Of a stretch of 64,000 nt of DNA, positions 1 to 13,211 are shown one piece after another. The stretch is from contig JALMLS010000195.1 in NCBI GenBank assembly GCA_038496445.1, forward strand, positions 90,706 through 154,705, in the 5' to 3' direction. How positions within the stretch are numbered: the first letter of the stretch is position 1; each line of letters begins with the position of its first letter. Both the position numbers and the translations under genes were made by a program. This DNA comes from Trichosphaerium sp. ATCC 40318 (Eukaryota; Protista; Tubulinea). The notes under the pieces are model-generated. The model was not told the DNA's origin and made no database searches. It worked only from the letters and a program-made list of their open reading frames with translations.

Positions 1-372
1 GACCAGCAGTACTGAAATATGATAACACTAAACAGATAGATGTCGTTGTCAGTCAACGCGTAAATGATAAGTTATTTGTAAATTCTTATGTTCATGTGAT
101 GGCTTCAGACCGTTTCCTTTTCAGTTCTAGTGCACACATTGTAGCAAACGGAGAATAGTCTAAAGGTGTAACTATTTTCAAGACTAAGCTATAAACAGGG
201 TTTCTGCATAGAACGAAACAGCGCCTCCCGCTTCACATGTAGTCTAAAGTATTTATTCAAGGGTCCAAAATGGGATTGCTTTAAACAATTGCGTTTTCGA
301 AGGCACACTTGTTACCATTGATGAAGAATAAATTGTAAGGTCTCTATACAAGTTCAAAGGTTTTTTTTTTAC

Positions 373-450
373 AATGAGTTAGAGAGGCTTGATGGAGTGG
401 ATTCTACACTTTCTAATATGAACCTCATGCCTACACAAGGGCACATCTAA
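373..450 (+). pseudogene. Orphan 3' fragment of HAUS1 carried by the duplication
   Basis: Matches the reverse complement of 34923-35003 (NELERLDG..STLSNMNLMPTQGHI*) with a 3-nt deletion and no upstream exons. Confidence 0.85.
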
Positions 451-648
451 TTGTAAAAAACCCGAAATAACTAGACCCAAAAAGAGTCAATAATCAATAT
501 TTGATGTATCAGCCAATCAGTTTTTATGTCGCTTTTCAAAACAATATTTATTGTCTTTCAGTTAACGTGCCTTTTTTTGTTTACAGTCGGTGTTTGAAGT
601 TTAGCTGATACAGAATCTGAATATCATTCCAGTGTTTGTGTTCATTGG

Positions 649-2179
649 TTATTGTGTATCAGTTGACTCATCTTTTTTAGAGGTTGAATCTTTTCCTCCT
701 GCTAAGCCACCCATAAGAGTTACAGCACGTCCAATAACTGAATCTACAGAACCAACATCTTGAGGTAGTACAACTGTGTTTGAGGATTGTACAATCTTTT
801 CAAAGCTCTTAAAGTACTCAGATGACAAGTTAGCCTTCAAGGCATTCTTTCCTTCCTCGTTGGCAAGAGATTTACCAACAATGGCGAGAGCTTCAGCCTT
901 TTGAGAACCAGTGAGTTTAAAGCGAAAAAAAATGGATTTTCGACTTCTTGAACGTACTTGAGCGCTAGCCTTCATTTTTGTTGCATCTGCTTCTGCTTGT
1001 GCAAGCTCTCTTATTGTTGTTGCTTTTGCAGATGTTTCATTCAAGATACGAATCTTCATACCTTCAGATTCGTTAATATCTTTTTGTCTTTGACCTTCAG
1101 ACACTTCAACCTAACATCTTTCTTAAAACTTTAATAAATGTCTTCAGAAAACTTACCATTCCTTGTTTCTTTGCAGTAGCCTCTAGAACCTGTTCCCTTC
1201 TGTTACGTTCTGCTGCAGCTTGTCTATCCATAGCCTTAGCGATCTACACAACTACAAGTCAGGAAAAGAGTCCAAACAAAAAAACGTGCACAAGCATGAA
1301 CTCACCATTGGGTCAGGTTTTATATCGGTGACTTCATAACGTAATACATTACACCTCCATTTCGTACAAGCATCTTTCATACCATCCAATAAGTTTGAGT
1401 TAAGAGTCTTTCTGTTGTGGAAGAGTTCATCGAGTTCAAGCTACACGAAGAAAAAAATGAGTCCAAACTTTACAAAAAAAAGTTCAAACTTGAAAAAACT
1501 TGTAAATAATTTTTCAGTCGTACTTTACCACATTCTGTACGCATAAGCGCTTGAGCCATCATTGTTATAGAATACAATACACGGCGAACTTTGTAGCTAG
1601 CGTCATGTGCATCTTCGATCTGCACGTATAGATTTCCTGAGAGGTGAACACTGTAATAATAAATTGGTCAGTTTTTGATTTTTTTACAAAAACCCATTGA
1701 GTGAGTTCTAACCTGACGTTATCCCTTGTAACTGCGAATTGGGGTTCGATGAATATTGCCTGATGAGTTTAGATGCGAATGGTTGCATAGTTTGTATTTT
1801 ATTGTACCATTTCTCTCATATCGTGTACGTATGCAACTTTATCAATAAAAGGGATCGCTAAGAACCATCCTAGCGTTGCGTTAAAAATAACGCTTTTTTT
1901 TGCTAAACGTCTTAATACCTGACGGTTGAACAGCTAGGAACTTTCCCATGCGTTCTACTACCATATTGTACCCTTGAGGCACAATATTGAGAATGGTATT
2001 GGGTTTAGAAGGAGGATATTGATAGATATCGACTGAGCGGCTAGTATTCAACGAGTAACAGCGTTTAGGAGCTGTTTTCCGAACGTTTGTTCTGACAGAT
2101 ACAGAGCGTGTTCTAATGGAGCCGTTATATGCACCATAATGCCAACATGTACGTACGCTTGTGTGTAGGCGCGTAACAT
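649..2179 (-). CDS. STOML2: Stomatin-like protein 2 (SPFH/band 7), mitochondrial, copy A; multi-exon
   Basis: Spliced translation gives NIVPQGYNMVVERMGKF, AIPFIDKVAYVHD, AVTRDNV, LRYEVTDIKP, MDRQAAAERNRR and an Arg-rich presequence. Confidence 0.9.
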
Positions 2180-2239
2180 TGCTTCAGTTGAATAATTGGG
2201 ATGTTCAGTTTTTCGTCAAAAAACTTAACCTTAAAAAAA

Positions 2240-4720
2240 TCAGTTGAATGAACTCACTTTTCCCGGTTTGGTAATCGTCCTCAAGGAACGAATAATGCAA
2301 AGATGTGTCTCCTTACAAGGGGTTCTAGCTCTGGCATGGATTTGGTTGTACCAAATTTCAGCCAACACGTCTACCGTTTGACCTCTTCCTTGTACCCTTC
2401 CTCTCTCGCTTACGTTTGGTCCAGAGACTGGCTAGGTTTTCCAATGGTAAAAAAGAGGAGAGTACAAGTATTGTCAAAAAGCTGGCTATCACGTTAATAT
2501 TTTATCCATACTTTTTTTTTTTACAAATTACATTTGACCAGCTTTTTGTCTTGCAAATCTATCTGTGTATGTAATCATATCTTGTGTTATTGGAAAATAA
2601 TGTACAATTCTTGATGCCCTTGCAAGTATTCTGTAATGTGTAATTGGATCATATTTAGCTAGATTCTTTGTATTCGCTTTTATCTTTGACCACTCTTTTA
2701 TCAATGCAGATTTTGCTATTATCTTATAACAAGGTATCATAAAAAGACTACCTAAAAACGGAGATACATAAGCAAATAATAATAAAAAATTGAAAGATTT
2801 TGGTTTTCTGGTTGTCACTAGATTTTTGAGCTACTTTAATAGTATGTGCACTAGCATGGGTATGGGTCAATGATAATAAGTGGTGTATCACTAAACCCAA
2901 CTTTATTTTCGAAAGGGTAAAAAACAAACCATGGAACACAGATAGACAAAAAATCTTGAAATGCAAAAAAAACAAGACAGAACTTGTTTTTCTCCCTTTT
3001 GGGTATAATCAACCACCAAGATTAGAAGGTTCCATATGTTCAATACACTCAAAGGTGGTATTTTGAACGTACCTAATATCAAGAAACGTATACGGAGCAT
3101 GTTAAACAGCATCAAAACAGTCTGTAATGTAAACTCCTTTTTTTGATCAAATCGACAGTCCTGGTGTTTACGTCAATTATTAAACCCTCAAGCGCAATAA
3201 AAAATATCTAAATACGTACTGTTGATTCTAAAAAGAGGTGCTGGAACTCATCAAACGAAGTAATTCCACTAAAACAAAAACGTTAGTAAAACTTTTTTTT
3301 TGTATCTGTTTTTTTTGTACTTTTTATATACAATAATAGGAGCACTTTCTATCCATTCTAGTGTATTAGAGAAAGATAATATAACTTCTAGACTCTAAAA
3401 AGGCAAAAGTTAAGATTATTTCATCTCTCCTTGGTCCACAACACGAAACGAAAGTCAAACTGATAAAAATCTTGATTTGTACCTCTTCACAAGACTCAAT
3501 GTGTTCTACCATATCATCCCATTCTTCTCTGCTATTCTTAGATTCTTTTTTTTTATTCTTTAGAAACTTATTTGGGTAATTCTTTAACAACAGCGATACA
3601 AACTCAGCAGAAATACAAATAGCTAAAAAGAAACAAGTCAGCATGATCAAAAAAAAATCAAAAAAAAAAATCATTCATTCAGCTTCATCTTTTATCACGT
3701 GCCTGCAAATTCGCCATCACACTTTAACCTATCGAATTTTTGTAGAATAATCTCATATTGATTTATTATTTCCCATATCAAACGATTCCTGAAGGTGTGA
3801 ACTATTCCCAAATGATCCAATTGCAAGAAATACAAAAACTTGAGAATTTCAGATTTATAAGCCTCTAAAAAACCGCGGTTAAAAATTAAATCATGTCACG
3901 TGACAACTTTCAAAAACATTTAAAAAGATACTATAAATTACTACTATTAGGATCAGACGCACGTACCTGCATTCAAGTACTGTGGTTGCCCGTTTACTAA
4001 AAATTCCATATCGATGAAATCAATATCCGGATCATGAATGAGTGCTACCTTGTAGTCATACCAAAAGAATCCTGGAGCTGACACAATTTGCCAGTGCATT
4101 TCTGAGGACCATCAATCTTGAAAGGCATCTCTAGAGCATAGTATTAGCAAAGAATAACGCGATTATGGATTGTGAGATCAAAACAACAAGAACGGCCTCC
4201 ACAAGTGCGTACTGATTGTTACTTCATAGTTTATTTTGCCTAGGTCGAAGAGGCTTCGTAGTTTACGACCTGTAGAGTATGTGAAGCGTGGACGGCTTGT
4301 TTTGTGCATTATATCACGTATTGTCTTTAGATTTTTGTTATTAGGCGCTTTTTGCATAAATTCTCTACTTAAACGCTCTTTAGGTCTCTTTCGCGGCTTT
4401 TTGTTTCTCGTTGCGATAATCCGGTCAATTGCTGTTGCTGATTTCTTACCATAGCTACGTTGACAAACGCTTCGTAAAGTGTAAGCGTCGATATAGAAAC
4501 AGTTTCAAAGCGCTGAAGCAATTTGGGTTTGTACTACCGCTAAAAGCGCTAAACACACTAGAAACCGTGTATTATGTACGTAAAAAGCCTAAATTATTAT
4601 ACAGGAATGCTCACAGCTTGGTTGAAAATTTTTTAATCCTAGCTGTACGTACCGAAAGTTATAGCACTTTCTTGGGCGCGTTAAAGCTACATAATGTCGT
4701 TTAGTAACAACTGAAAGCAT
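2240..4720 (-). CDS. Uncharacterised multi-exon protein with a basic, presequence-like N-terminus
   Basis: An open frame can be spliced across ~10 exons (…KMPFKIDGPQKCTGKLCQLQDSFVNGQPQYLNAEAYKSEILKFLYFLQLDHL…), including a GC-AG intron near 3700. Termini are uncertain. Confidence 0.5.
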
Positions 4721-4942
4721 AATGGCCGCTTTTGTTACGCTCGGTGCATAGAAAATTAGCTTTGCTGGCTTCAACAGAAGTCAAACATGTAAAAAATATG
4801 TACTAGAGTCCAGTACAAAACGAAACGTTTGTGGCTAATAAGGGGGTAAATGTATTTGTACAATACGCGACAATGAAATAAACTAATCAAAAAATTCGCG
4901 TAGCAGGTTAATTCTTTCTGTAAAAGCAGCGCTCCACAGCCT

Positions 4943-6563
4943 TTAAGGTTCACCTATAACTTCCACAACAGGTTCATCAGTACTAGCTGGAGAGGTAACG
5001 GTTTCTGGTGTTGTTTCTTTTTCCTCGACTTCAACATCACTACTTGGCTTTTCTACAGCTTCTTTAGGCGTCGTTTCAGGCGCAGCAGCGGTTGTAACAG
5101 CGGTTGTAGACTGACTTGGTTGTTCATCAATTTTAGTTGCTTCCTCTTCGCTAAAAGGAGCTGGTGGAATCTTAGCACACTCTCTCAAAGCAGCTTCCCA
5201 TTTTTCTATTGAGTACTCTCTTTTTCCGCCGTATTGAGCGTCTAAATTATCCTCATCGATATATTTAAGTAAATCAGTTTGCTCTGGTAGATGTTGTATC
5301 TAAAAACACAATAGAGTCAGCTCAAACTAAATAATTTTTTTTGGAATCAAAAAAAACAACATATCTTTCTTAGTCTCTGACACGTACCCTATCACATAAT
5401 TTCTTGGCAACAAACATACGTGCAACACTAAGTACATAGGATAAAATACGTGATCCATTGATAATCAAGATTTTTTTAATACGGATAGGAAATGTATTCT
5501 AAAAAGATTCATTAATAAAGTAACGCCAATAAATTTTACGCCGGTATAACCTCTTGTATGCAATATAATTATGTCCCCTATAATTATAGGAATACAAACT
5601 CAAGTGTATTACTACATAAAACACCCAGTAAAAAAACAAGAAACAAACAAACAAAAAAAAACAAAGTTTTTTTCTACGCACCTGCATTTTCCAAGCGTAC
5701 TTACTGAAACTCAAATCAACTTGCCATACACTAAACTCAGAGAAATCAAGAATAAGAACAGCTCCTCTTCTTTGTAAATCCTCTCTATTCAAAACGTCAA
5801 AACAGCAAGCAAAATAAATGAAAAAAAGTCACAAAACCAAACTTCAACATTGATAAAAAAAAACATGATAAAGGTTGAGTCTTCACGCGTACGTTTCATG
5901 AAACATGCCATACGTCATGTACCAAAGAACAAAATTCATTAATTTCTCGTGTCCGTGTTTCGCAAAGTCCATCTTTGCTGGCTTGGAGTAAATAATACCA
6001 TGGCCATCCTTGAATTACGGGTTAGACAACGTCGACAAAAACTGTTATTTTTGAAAAAAAAATTAATTCGTGTAAACGTGTCATCAACGCTTGTTTTTGA
6101 TGTCAGACACCGTTGTAAACGTAAGAATGAGTTATGGGTAAAAAAGGTATTGTTAAAAATGCCCGGGCTGCTGAGTTTAAGAGTCTAAAGGTATTAGGCG
6201 CGTACTATGCTTCTGGAGCCAGGTATAATCCACAGGGTGCCTGTTTGCACAATTTCTGTGTTCGTGTCTGTCCACTCGTGGCTTGGGGTGCATTTGGTGT
6301 CCTTACATAACCCATTGTACTTGTCTAGCATCCTTCCCACGGAATCGACTCTCAAGTCTCTGCTTAGTAAGCATATGTACAAGTAACGCTCGTGGAAGCC
6401 TTTTAGATACATTAGCGCTTTGTAGAAAGAATATCAGACCTTTTGAAATCGGTTGTTCCTTTAAAACTGCCAAAGCTTTTTTTTCTGCCTCAGCGTCAGC
6501 TTTCAGCGGCACGTCATCAGGAAAATCGGGTTCGCGCGGTGATCTCGATAAGAAGCTGAACAT
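4943..6563 (-). CDS. CRAL-TRIO/Sec14 lipid-binding protein with acidic low-complexity tail
   Basis: Spliced motifs LQRRGAVLILDFSEFS, NTFPIRIKKILIING, LLKYIDEDNLDAQYGG. Confidence 0.85.
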
Positions 6564-6883
6564 TGTAGGGTGTTACGATTTACTACCGGTACGCTTGTTT
6601 CGTGCGCGCTCCTAGCGATGGAACAAAATTGACAATTTAAGCTTTTTAGTAACCCTTTACCTTAACTGACCACCCCGACGTTTCTCGGCCGTACAGCCAC
6701 AGGTCACATCAAAGGTCACGTCTCAGTAATAGAGTGCATGATGTTCTATTTTTCCTGTTTTAGCACGTGTGTTAAACAAGCTACCCTGCTAATTGTATAA
6801 CGCGTGTAATGAAAGCAAACTGCGCTTTCAATTACACCTTAAGTTGTAGCACCCCTTAAATTCTCATTTCTTGACAGAGGAGC

Positions 6884-9800
6884 ATGCTACGGCTGGTAAC
6901 ACGCCAGTCGCGACCGTGTGCGAGTGCATATAAGCCAAAGCAAGCGCAAATACGCGTACCAAAGCGTTGGGTAGAAATTAACCCAGCGTTAATGCCAGCG
7001 TACCTAAAACGTGGTATTTATAACCGTACGTATAGAAACACGCGATTATATACAAATAAACGCTATACGCGTCCAATATACCTCTAATATACGTAGGTAA
7101 GCATATAAAAGAAATTCACTACCTCCTTTCGCGTGAAGAAGTTTGGCATTCTGAAAAAAAATGTAAAGAGTTCCTAGACTTCGTATGAGCGTCATATACC
7201 TTCAATATACGTCTAATATCATTAAACAAACAGGTTGCTCATAGATATGATGTAAGAGAACCGAAAGATTGGCAGAACATTAGAAAAGTGGATGTTTTAA
7301 AATGTGGAGGGCGTGGATTGCTTGAGTACGTTTTATGTTGCATTGGCTATTTTTTTTTTAAATGTGGCCATGTTTATAGTTAACACCTTGATAGAAAGTA
7401 TCGCTCAGTGGGACGTGCATTGGTTGAATTACGTCCTGAAGAAGGCCATGATGCAAAACTTATTGACAGTATGAAAATTTTCTTATTTTTTTTTGAAAAG
7501 TTTTTCATTTCACACGTGAGTTGTTATCCACATGGACATGATCAAGTTGATCTAAAATTATATGTTATTTTTAACAAAAATGCAACTACTAAAAGCATAC
7601 CTGTAGAGAGCATTAGAGTACCATCAACGGTTTGGGCAGATAAGAAAAATCAACGCGAGTTTTTAGATTATGTGCGCCTCCTCATCACTGAAAATCATTA
7701 ACTATCATTGAAAAAGGTTGGTAAATTGCTACTAGAGAAACCTGTTCCCGAAGGTTGGTATCTTTTATCTGGACAAAGACGCCAAGTTAGCAGTTTTGGT
7801 GGTGACCCTTTCCTAAAGTATGGAACATAAAAAACTCTTATAGCGCTCAGACTTACCTGCTTTTCTCAGGCACCATTCGATGAATTTAGGCTCTGCACTA
7901 ATGGACCTCTATCCAGAGGTCGATTGGCAAGGATGGAAGTTTGGTACATACCGAATACTTTAGCCATCTTTACTTCTTTCGGTAATCAAAACTCTTAACT
8001 TTTACTCCAAGATCAGCTCCCTGTGGATTACTTTGCCAAAGTGTCGAACCAGCGAAGATATTTACTAGAAGAAGTAACACTACTTTTTAGCTATTTATCT
8101 TACTCTATTAATTGAATTACAAGGGTCTTAAAGAGCTAGGTATTGAAAAATACACAGATTGGTATAATATTCGTCAACAAAAACTTCTTGAAATGGAGTT
8201 GCCAGCTCAGCTTCTTGAGTACGTTTTTAACCTACTATAGCAAAGTGGATACTGAACAATGGCTTAACTTATTTTTTGCAGAGTATATGGTAATAATCTT
8301 GCTGAGGCCTTATTAACAATATTCCCTGAAGAGTCTTGGAAAGCTTGGAAAATAGGTATTCCAATTGTTTTCTTTTGTTATTAGTTCAATAACATTACGT
8401 CCTTCTAAGGAGGACTTATTAGCCGCCTTTTACTGTGTCAAACTACACTTTCTTTATATAAGCCTACATCGGACGTTGATTAATTGTGATATATAGATGG
8501 CGAAGTACCTCCAAATTTTTGGGCAAAAAAAGATAACATTGTATCATTTATAAGGTAAATCCTGTGCAGCTTTGTTATACCTAAAAGTATATTAGAGACA
8601 TTCAAGATGAGTTTAAAATAACACCAGATCAATGGCAAGATCAGAGTATTACAGTGAGAGGAGGGTTGAACGCATTACGTGTATACGAACAACACAAAGA
8701 AGCTTTTTTGGATGCTTTGAAAACTCTCAACCCAAGTTTTACCTTTGATACTTCTAAGGTAGAAGCAGCCAACTCTATTAGTAATTTATATAAAGGGTAC
8801 GGTTACTATTGTTACAGAACATCTTATTAACAAACATTTTAGACTTGTTTTTTGGTACACAAAGAGGATTTACCCTAAGAGTGAAGTACAGAAAGATTTC
8901 GTTTTTAAGAATGATAAAGATGATACAGGAGAATTTGAAAAAGAGATAACACTTACTTCGTATATACCTGATAAACGTCTTGGGTTTATTTATTTGGGTA
9001 AGTAATTTTTTTTCGGACATTAAAAAAAAGTGTGACGTGTTGGAGCTCATATTGATCAAGTTTAAAAATAGGTAGAGACGTTTTAAAGAGTTCAACAGGC
9101 ACTTTCCATGACCCAGATGAGTTGTATTATAATTTTCTTGAGAAACAAAGGGAGTACCTTGAAGCCAAAGGCAAGTTGTTTTTATACCACTTTGACATTA
9201 AGTACCTTTTTTAACTGGCTTGTTGTAGGTGTTGATATAGTTTACATCCCATACTGGTGGCGTGCTGATCGTAACACCTTTGAATCTACGCTTCACCAAG
9301 TGAGAGAGGACTTTAACGAGCTCCCAGAACAAGTTCATCCGCTTCTCAAAGGACCAGGTAATTTTTTGTTGTTTTGGAATTAAGGCGAAAGATGATTCTG
9401 ATCTACAATCTGTTGTAACGTTTTTCCAATGTTGGTACAATTATTGGTAGTCCTAAATATCTTAAGGGAGTTACATGATGCCATTGCTACTAAAAACACA
9501 AGAGTTTACAAAAACAGGTGCGGATTACAGTACCTGTAAAACGCTAACAATTTTATTGTTAGATATCTGTCGTTATGGATACTACCCAATACCAATGTTT
9601 GCTTTCTTTACAAAGCGTACATTTGAAGGAAAACATACAGTCAACGGATGGTAATATTACTTTTATTCTGAACTTGATAAATCAGTGAAAACATCTAATT
9701 TTGGATGTTGATTTAGGTATATTTCGGAAAAACTTGACGGCATTAGAGCATTTTGGGATGGTATTAATTTTGTTTCAAAAACAGGTCATATAATACCTGC

Positions 9801-10976
9801 ACCGGATAAAATTCTTAATATGTTCCCACAACACATACCCTTGGATGGAGAACTATGGTACAGTTTTTTTTTAACGTTTTGCCAGTTTGCTATTTTTTTT
9901 GGTCGTATTAAAGCAATGATCACGAAATATTCAATTTTAATTTAGGGCTGGATACGATACAACTGTAGAGCAAATGGTACATAAAATTTATAAGGACAAG
10001 GATTGGACCGGTACGCTGGAGTTTATACTTTTTTTTTACAACTTTTTCTTCTTTTTGACTGCACGTATTCACGCGAACCAGACGCACTTGTTTGGAGTAT
10101 TTATATTGATTAATCTCTTTAGGTATTAAATTTCATATTTTTGATTGTACTGTCATTGGTAAGCGTATGAAAGCGCGATGGGATGCAGCAAAGTACACTT
10201 ATTAATTTTTTTTTTTGTACTTTCGGTTTTACTTACTGTTTAAAGCGCTGTTGTTAAACCCGATCACCCATTTTTTGTACTTATGAAACAAGATATAATC
10301 AATAGTTTTAAAGAAATATATGATGAGTATGCTGTTGTAAAAAAACGAGGCGGTATGCATATAACATGAAACATCACAAAAACTTTTTTGTTCTTCTAAG
10401 GTTTACAAAACTGAACTAACTACTATTTTCCTTTAGGTGAGGGTGTTGTTGTGAGAAAACCTCATTCATTCCAAGCCACTGGAAGAACCAATACAATACA
10501 AAAGTACAAGGTAACATTTCTCACATGAAACATTTTTTTTATTTTGGATAAAAGCCTACACAACTACCAAAGAAAGACCCTGTCACTACCACTCGTTTAC
10601 ACTTTGCCCTTTTAAATTGTTTTGCTAGGGTCATTTGGATCAAGAAGTCCGATTTTTAGAGTTAGTACCAGGACTAAATAAGTTTAAATGCTTGAGGTAC
10701 AAGCCCTTGTGCCGCAATCTTCTATGTTCTCAGTTTTTTCTCACTTCATTTTCTAGGCCAACGGGACACACAAGTACAACACATATCGAAATAGCGTGTA
10801 CACCAGAACAATATGCAAGCCCACCTCCTAAAGGGTCAATACTTACAGTAAACATTGATGATGATGAGCACAAAGGGAGGATTTGGATAAACCCAGTATA
10901 CTCAAGAATTAATTACGAAATGGACTGGAATACAGTAATGGCTGAATGGAAAATGAATATGGAACCTATTCAGTGA
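6884..10976 (+). CDS. Trp-rich repeat protein + degenerate RAP/Vsr-like domain + ATP-dependent DNA ligase (NTase + OB); >20 exons
   Basis: Continuous spliced frame: presequence MLRLVTRQSR, ~4 repeats (NQREFLDY…DWYNI…GG..LL…YPEVDWQGWKF), then IPYWW. Ligase motifs follow: EKLDGIR, DGELW, FHIFD, EGVVVR, QKYK, PPPKGSILTV. Confidence 0.85.
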
Positions 10977-11333
10977 CTTGTGTAAATAAAAACCATACAT
11001 GTAGCCCTGCCCTTTGCCCTTGTTTCTACTACTACAAACATCTACTTGGTACGATTCAGTAAAATGACACTGTATTCCACACTGAGATGCGCGTGTCTTG
11101 TGCTACACAAAAAATCTGTTGTTCCTGTTGTTGTTTCTAGGGACTATTAGATTTCGAAGAAATCACGTGATTTGGATGTTGTTTCGCTGGAATTTGTACA
11201 GGAAACAGCTAATTTTTTAGTCAAACAAAGCTCTAATCAGTTTCGACGTACCGTTGTGTACCACAACCTTATAAATATTTAGGAAACCAAAAACTTTCAG
11301 CCTACTCACACAAGCAGAACAACACGTTAAGAT

Positions 11334-12874
11334 ATGAATGACTCTACAACATTAAACACGTTGCCACTTGACGTTATAGCAATATTTTGTGATTATTTAC
11401 CAATCGACGAGATATTGTCTTTTCGGCTTGCTTCAAGAAGGTGTTGTGAAGGAAGTAACAAATCCTACCTGAGACACATCTTACAACTCAAGAAATACCT
11501 AAAATCAACACTCGATAAACACCACAATGACCCTATCACTATCAAATACAACTGGCTGGTCTCCAAGACGATGAATGATCTTCATGCTTTGAATGAATTG
11601 ATTCAATTGGAACGTGCTCCAAATCCGAAAAGTAATAATACTGTACTTTTTGTCGCTCTTTAAGTCACTAATCAACTTTTTTACAAGGTACAATCAAGAG
11701 ATTTTTAGCATGGTACTCTGAGGAGTCAAAAGTTCCTACCGAAGCGAAAGGATTATTTTGCGAGTTTCAATTGAATACAAAAGACGGTGAGGATGTTGTC
11801 TATGGATTTTGTTGCTATGATGAAGTGTACAACTTCCGACAAGGTAATTTGTCTTTGCTTTTCTTGACGAATTCTGAATTCCGTCTTTGATTTGGTAATC
11901 TCATTCTTGTCAGACGAAAAACAAGTTGGAGTTCAAATGGAACTAACCGTTGGAAAGTCCAAATCGGCACCGCTCGTCAATATATACGCAACATACAATA
12001 AATACTATGATCTAGAATTATCGGAGGCTGTGAGATTGAAGATGGCCGATGAATACCAACAGTTGAATGATGAGCAGTTTTGTATTCAAATTCTCAAAGA
12101 TATTGGTATCGACATGGCTGACCTTGGAACACTTGAAATTGGAATGAGTCGTTATTTAGATGTACCCTATCCAGGCTTCATTTTAAAAGAAGGACAAGTA
12201 CCAGAAGTTCCACGTTTTATTTCAGTGCTGTTAAAAAAGTCATTGGTTCAGTATGTCAGAAAGAGGATAACTGCTTGCTTATTTCAAGTTGTGCTATCAG
12301 AAGACCTGAAGAGTACCAATAGAGGATATCCATTAGTACACGAAGATGAACTCAAAAGGGTACAGCTGATATCCTGTGAATCGTGGTCAATAGGTTGTCA
12401 TGAATACTGCTGCGTACGCTACTTACTTAGTACATTTCTGTGAACTAACATTTCAAAAAGGATCGTGGTTTCCTCGATGTTGTCTATCGCTACAAAGGTC
12501 ACCTTGTCCACTGTATTATTAGTGGTCACTCTTACTATGAAGACGAATTTGCAATCAAACTACACTTTGACACTGTGGCTCTTGGAGAATTACACCAAAA
12601 ATCCGAGGGTTACGAGTCTCTGAATATCTTGTCAACTTCTGATGCACCAGACGAGATTTGGGATTCTGTAAAAGATATCATTCCAAAAGAATCGCCTTCG
12701 CATACTGATAGTATGTTATTCCTAGCGTCATTGGCAATTATCGGATGTCCTAGCACACATATTGGAACGGTTGAAGATGTGGGAAGAAATCATCTGTTGT
12801 ACGAAGATCCTCTACTCAAGTACTTTTTTCATATTGTGACGAAAGGACTTCCAAAAGGATCTATATATCGCTGA
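11334..12874 (+). CDS. F-box protein with unknown C-terminal domain (multi-exon)
   Basis: N-terminal LNTLPLDVIAIFCDYLPIDEILSFRLASRR F-box signature; exons joined by short GT-AG introns. Confidence 0.75.
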
Positions 12875-13211
12875 TAATAAACTCACTGTTCCCTTCTGGG
12901 CTTGCATATTTTACTGGATATCTTTTTAAAACGTTGAACTTAAAGCATGTGTTGTTATTTGAGACACTTTCATTGCCTATCGGCACTAGGTGTTAGAAAT
13001 TCGCAAAAATTTGCAATCTAATTTGACAGTTGCCTTCAAGGGACTTCAGACTAGTACAGGCCATTAGAAGACTCTCAACTATCACCTGTGTGACACATAG
13101 GTCCACATAAAGCGGTTTTAGAACCGTATCTTGTGATTCATTACACAGACATTTTTCCGCAGTGGCAACTTAACGAAAATTGTTTTTCACCAATTTCAAC
13201 TCGTTTACTTC

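Larger units (their letters stand above)
373..2308. repeat. Inverted segmental duplicate of ~33036-35003 (stomatin gene plus HAUS1 3' tail)
   Basis: Near-identical reverse complement across exons, introns and flanks. Left breakpoint sits next to a poly-T run at 361-370. Confidence 0.95.

Noticed and set aside
4112-4114. Apparent in-frame TGA on the minus strand suggesting recoding or selenocysteine
   Set aside because: Using the GTATGA donor near 4060 yields an open spliced frame without it. Other genes end normally in TAA/TGA, so the standard code fits.
9720-10976. Ligase as bacterial or phage contamination
   Set aside because: It is interrupted by several spliceosomal introns of the same style as neighbouring genes.
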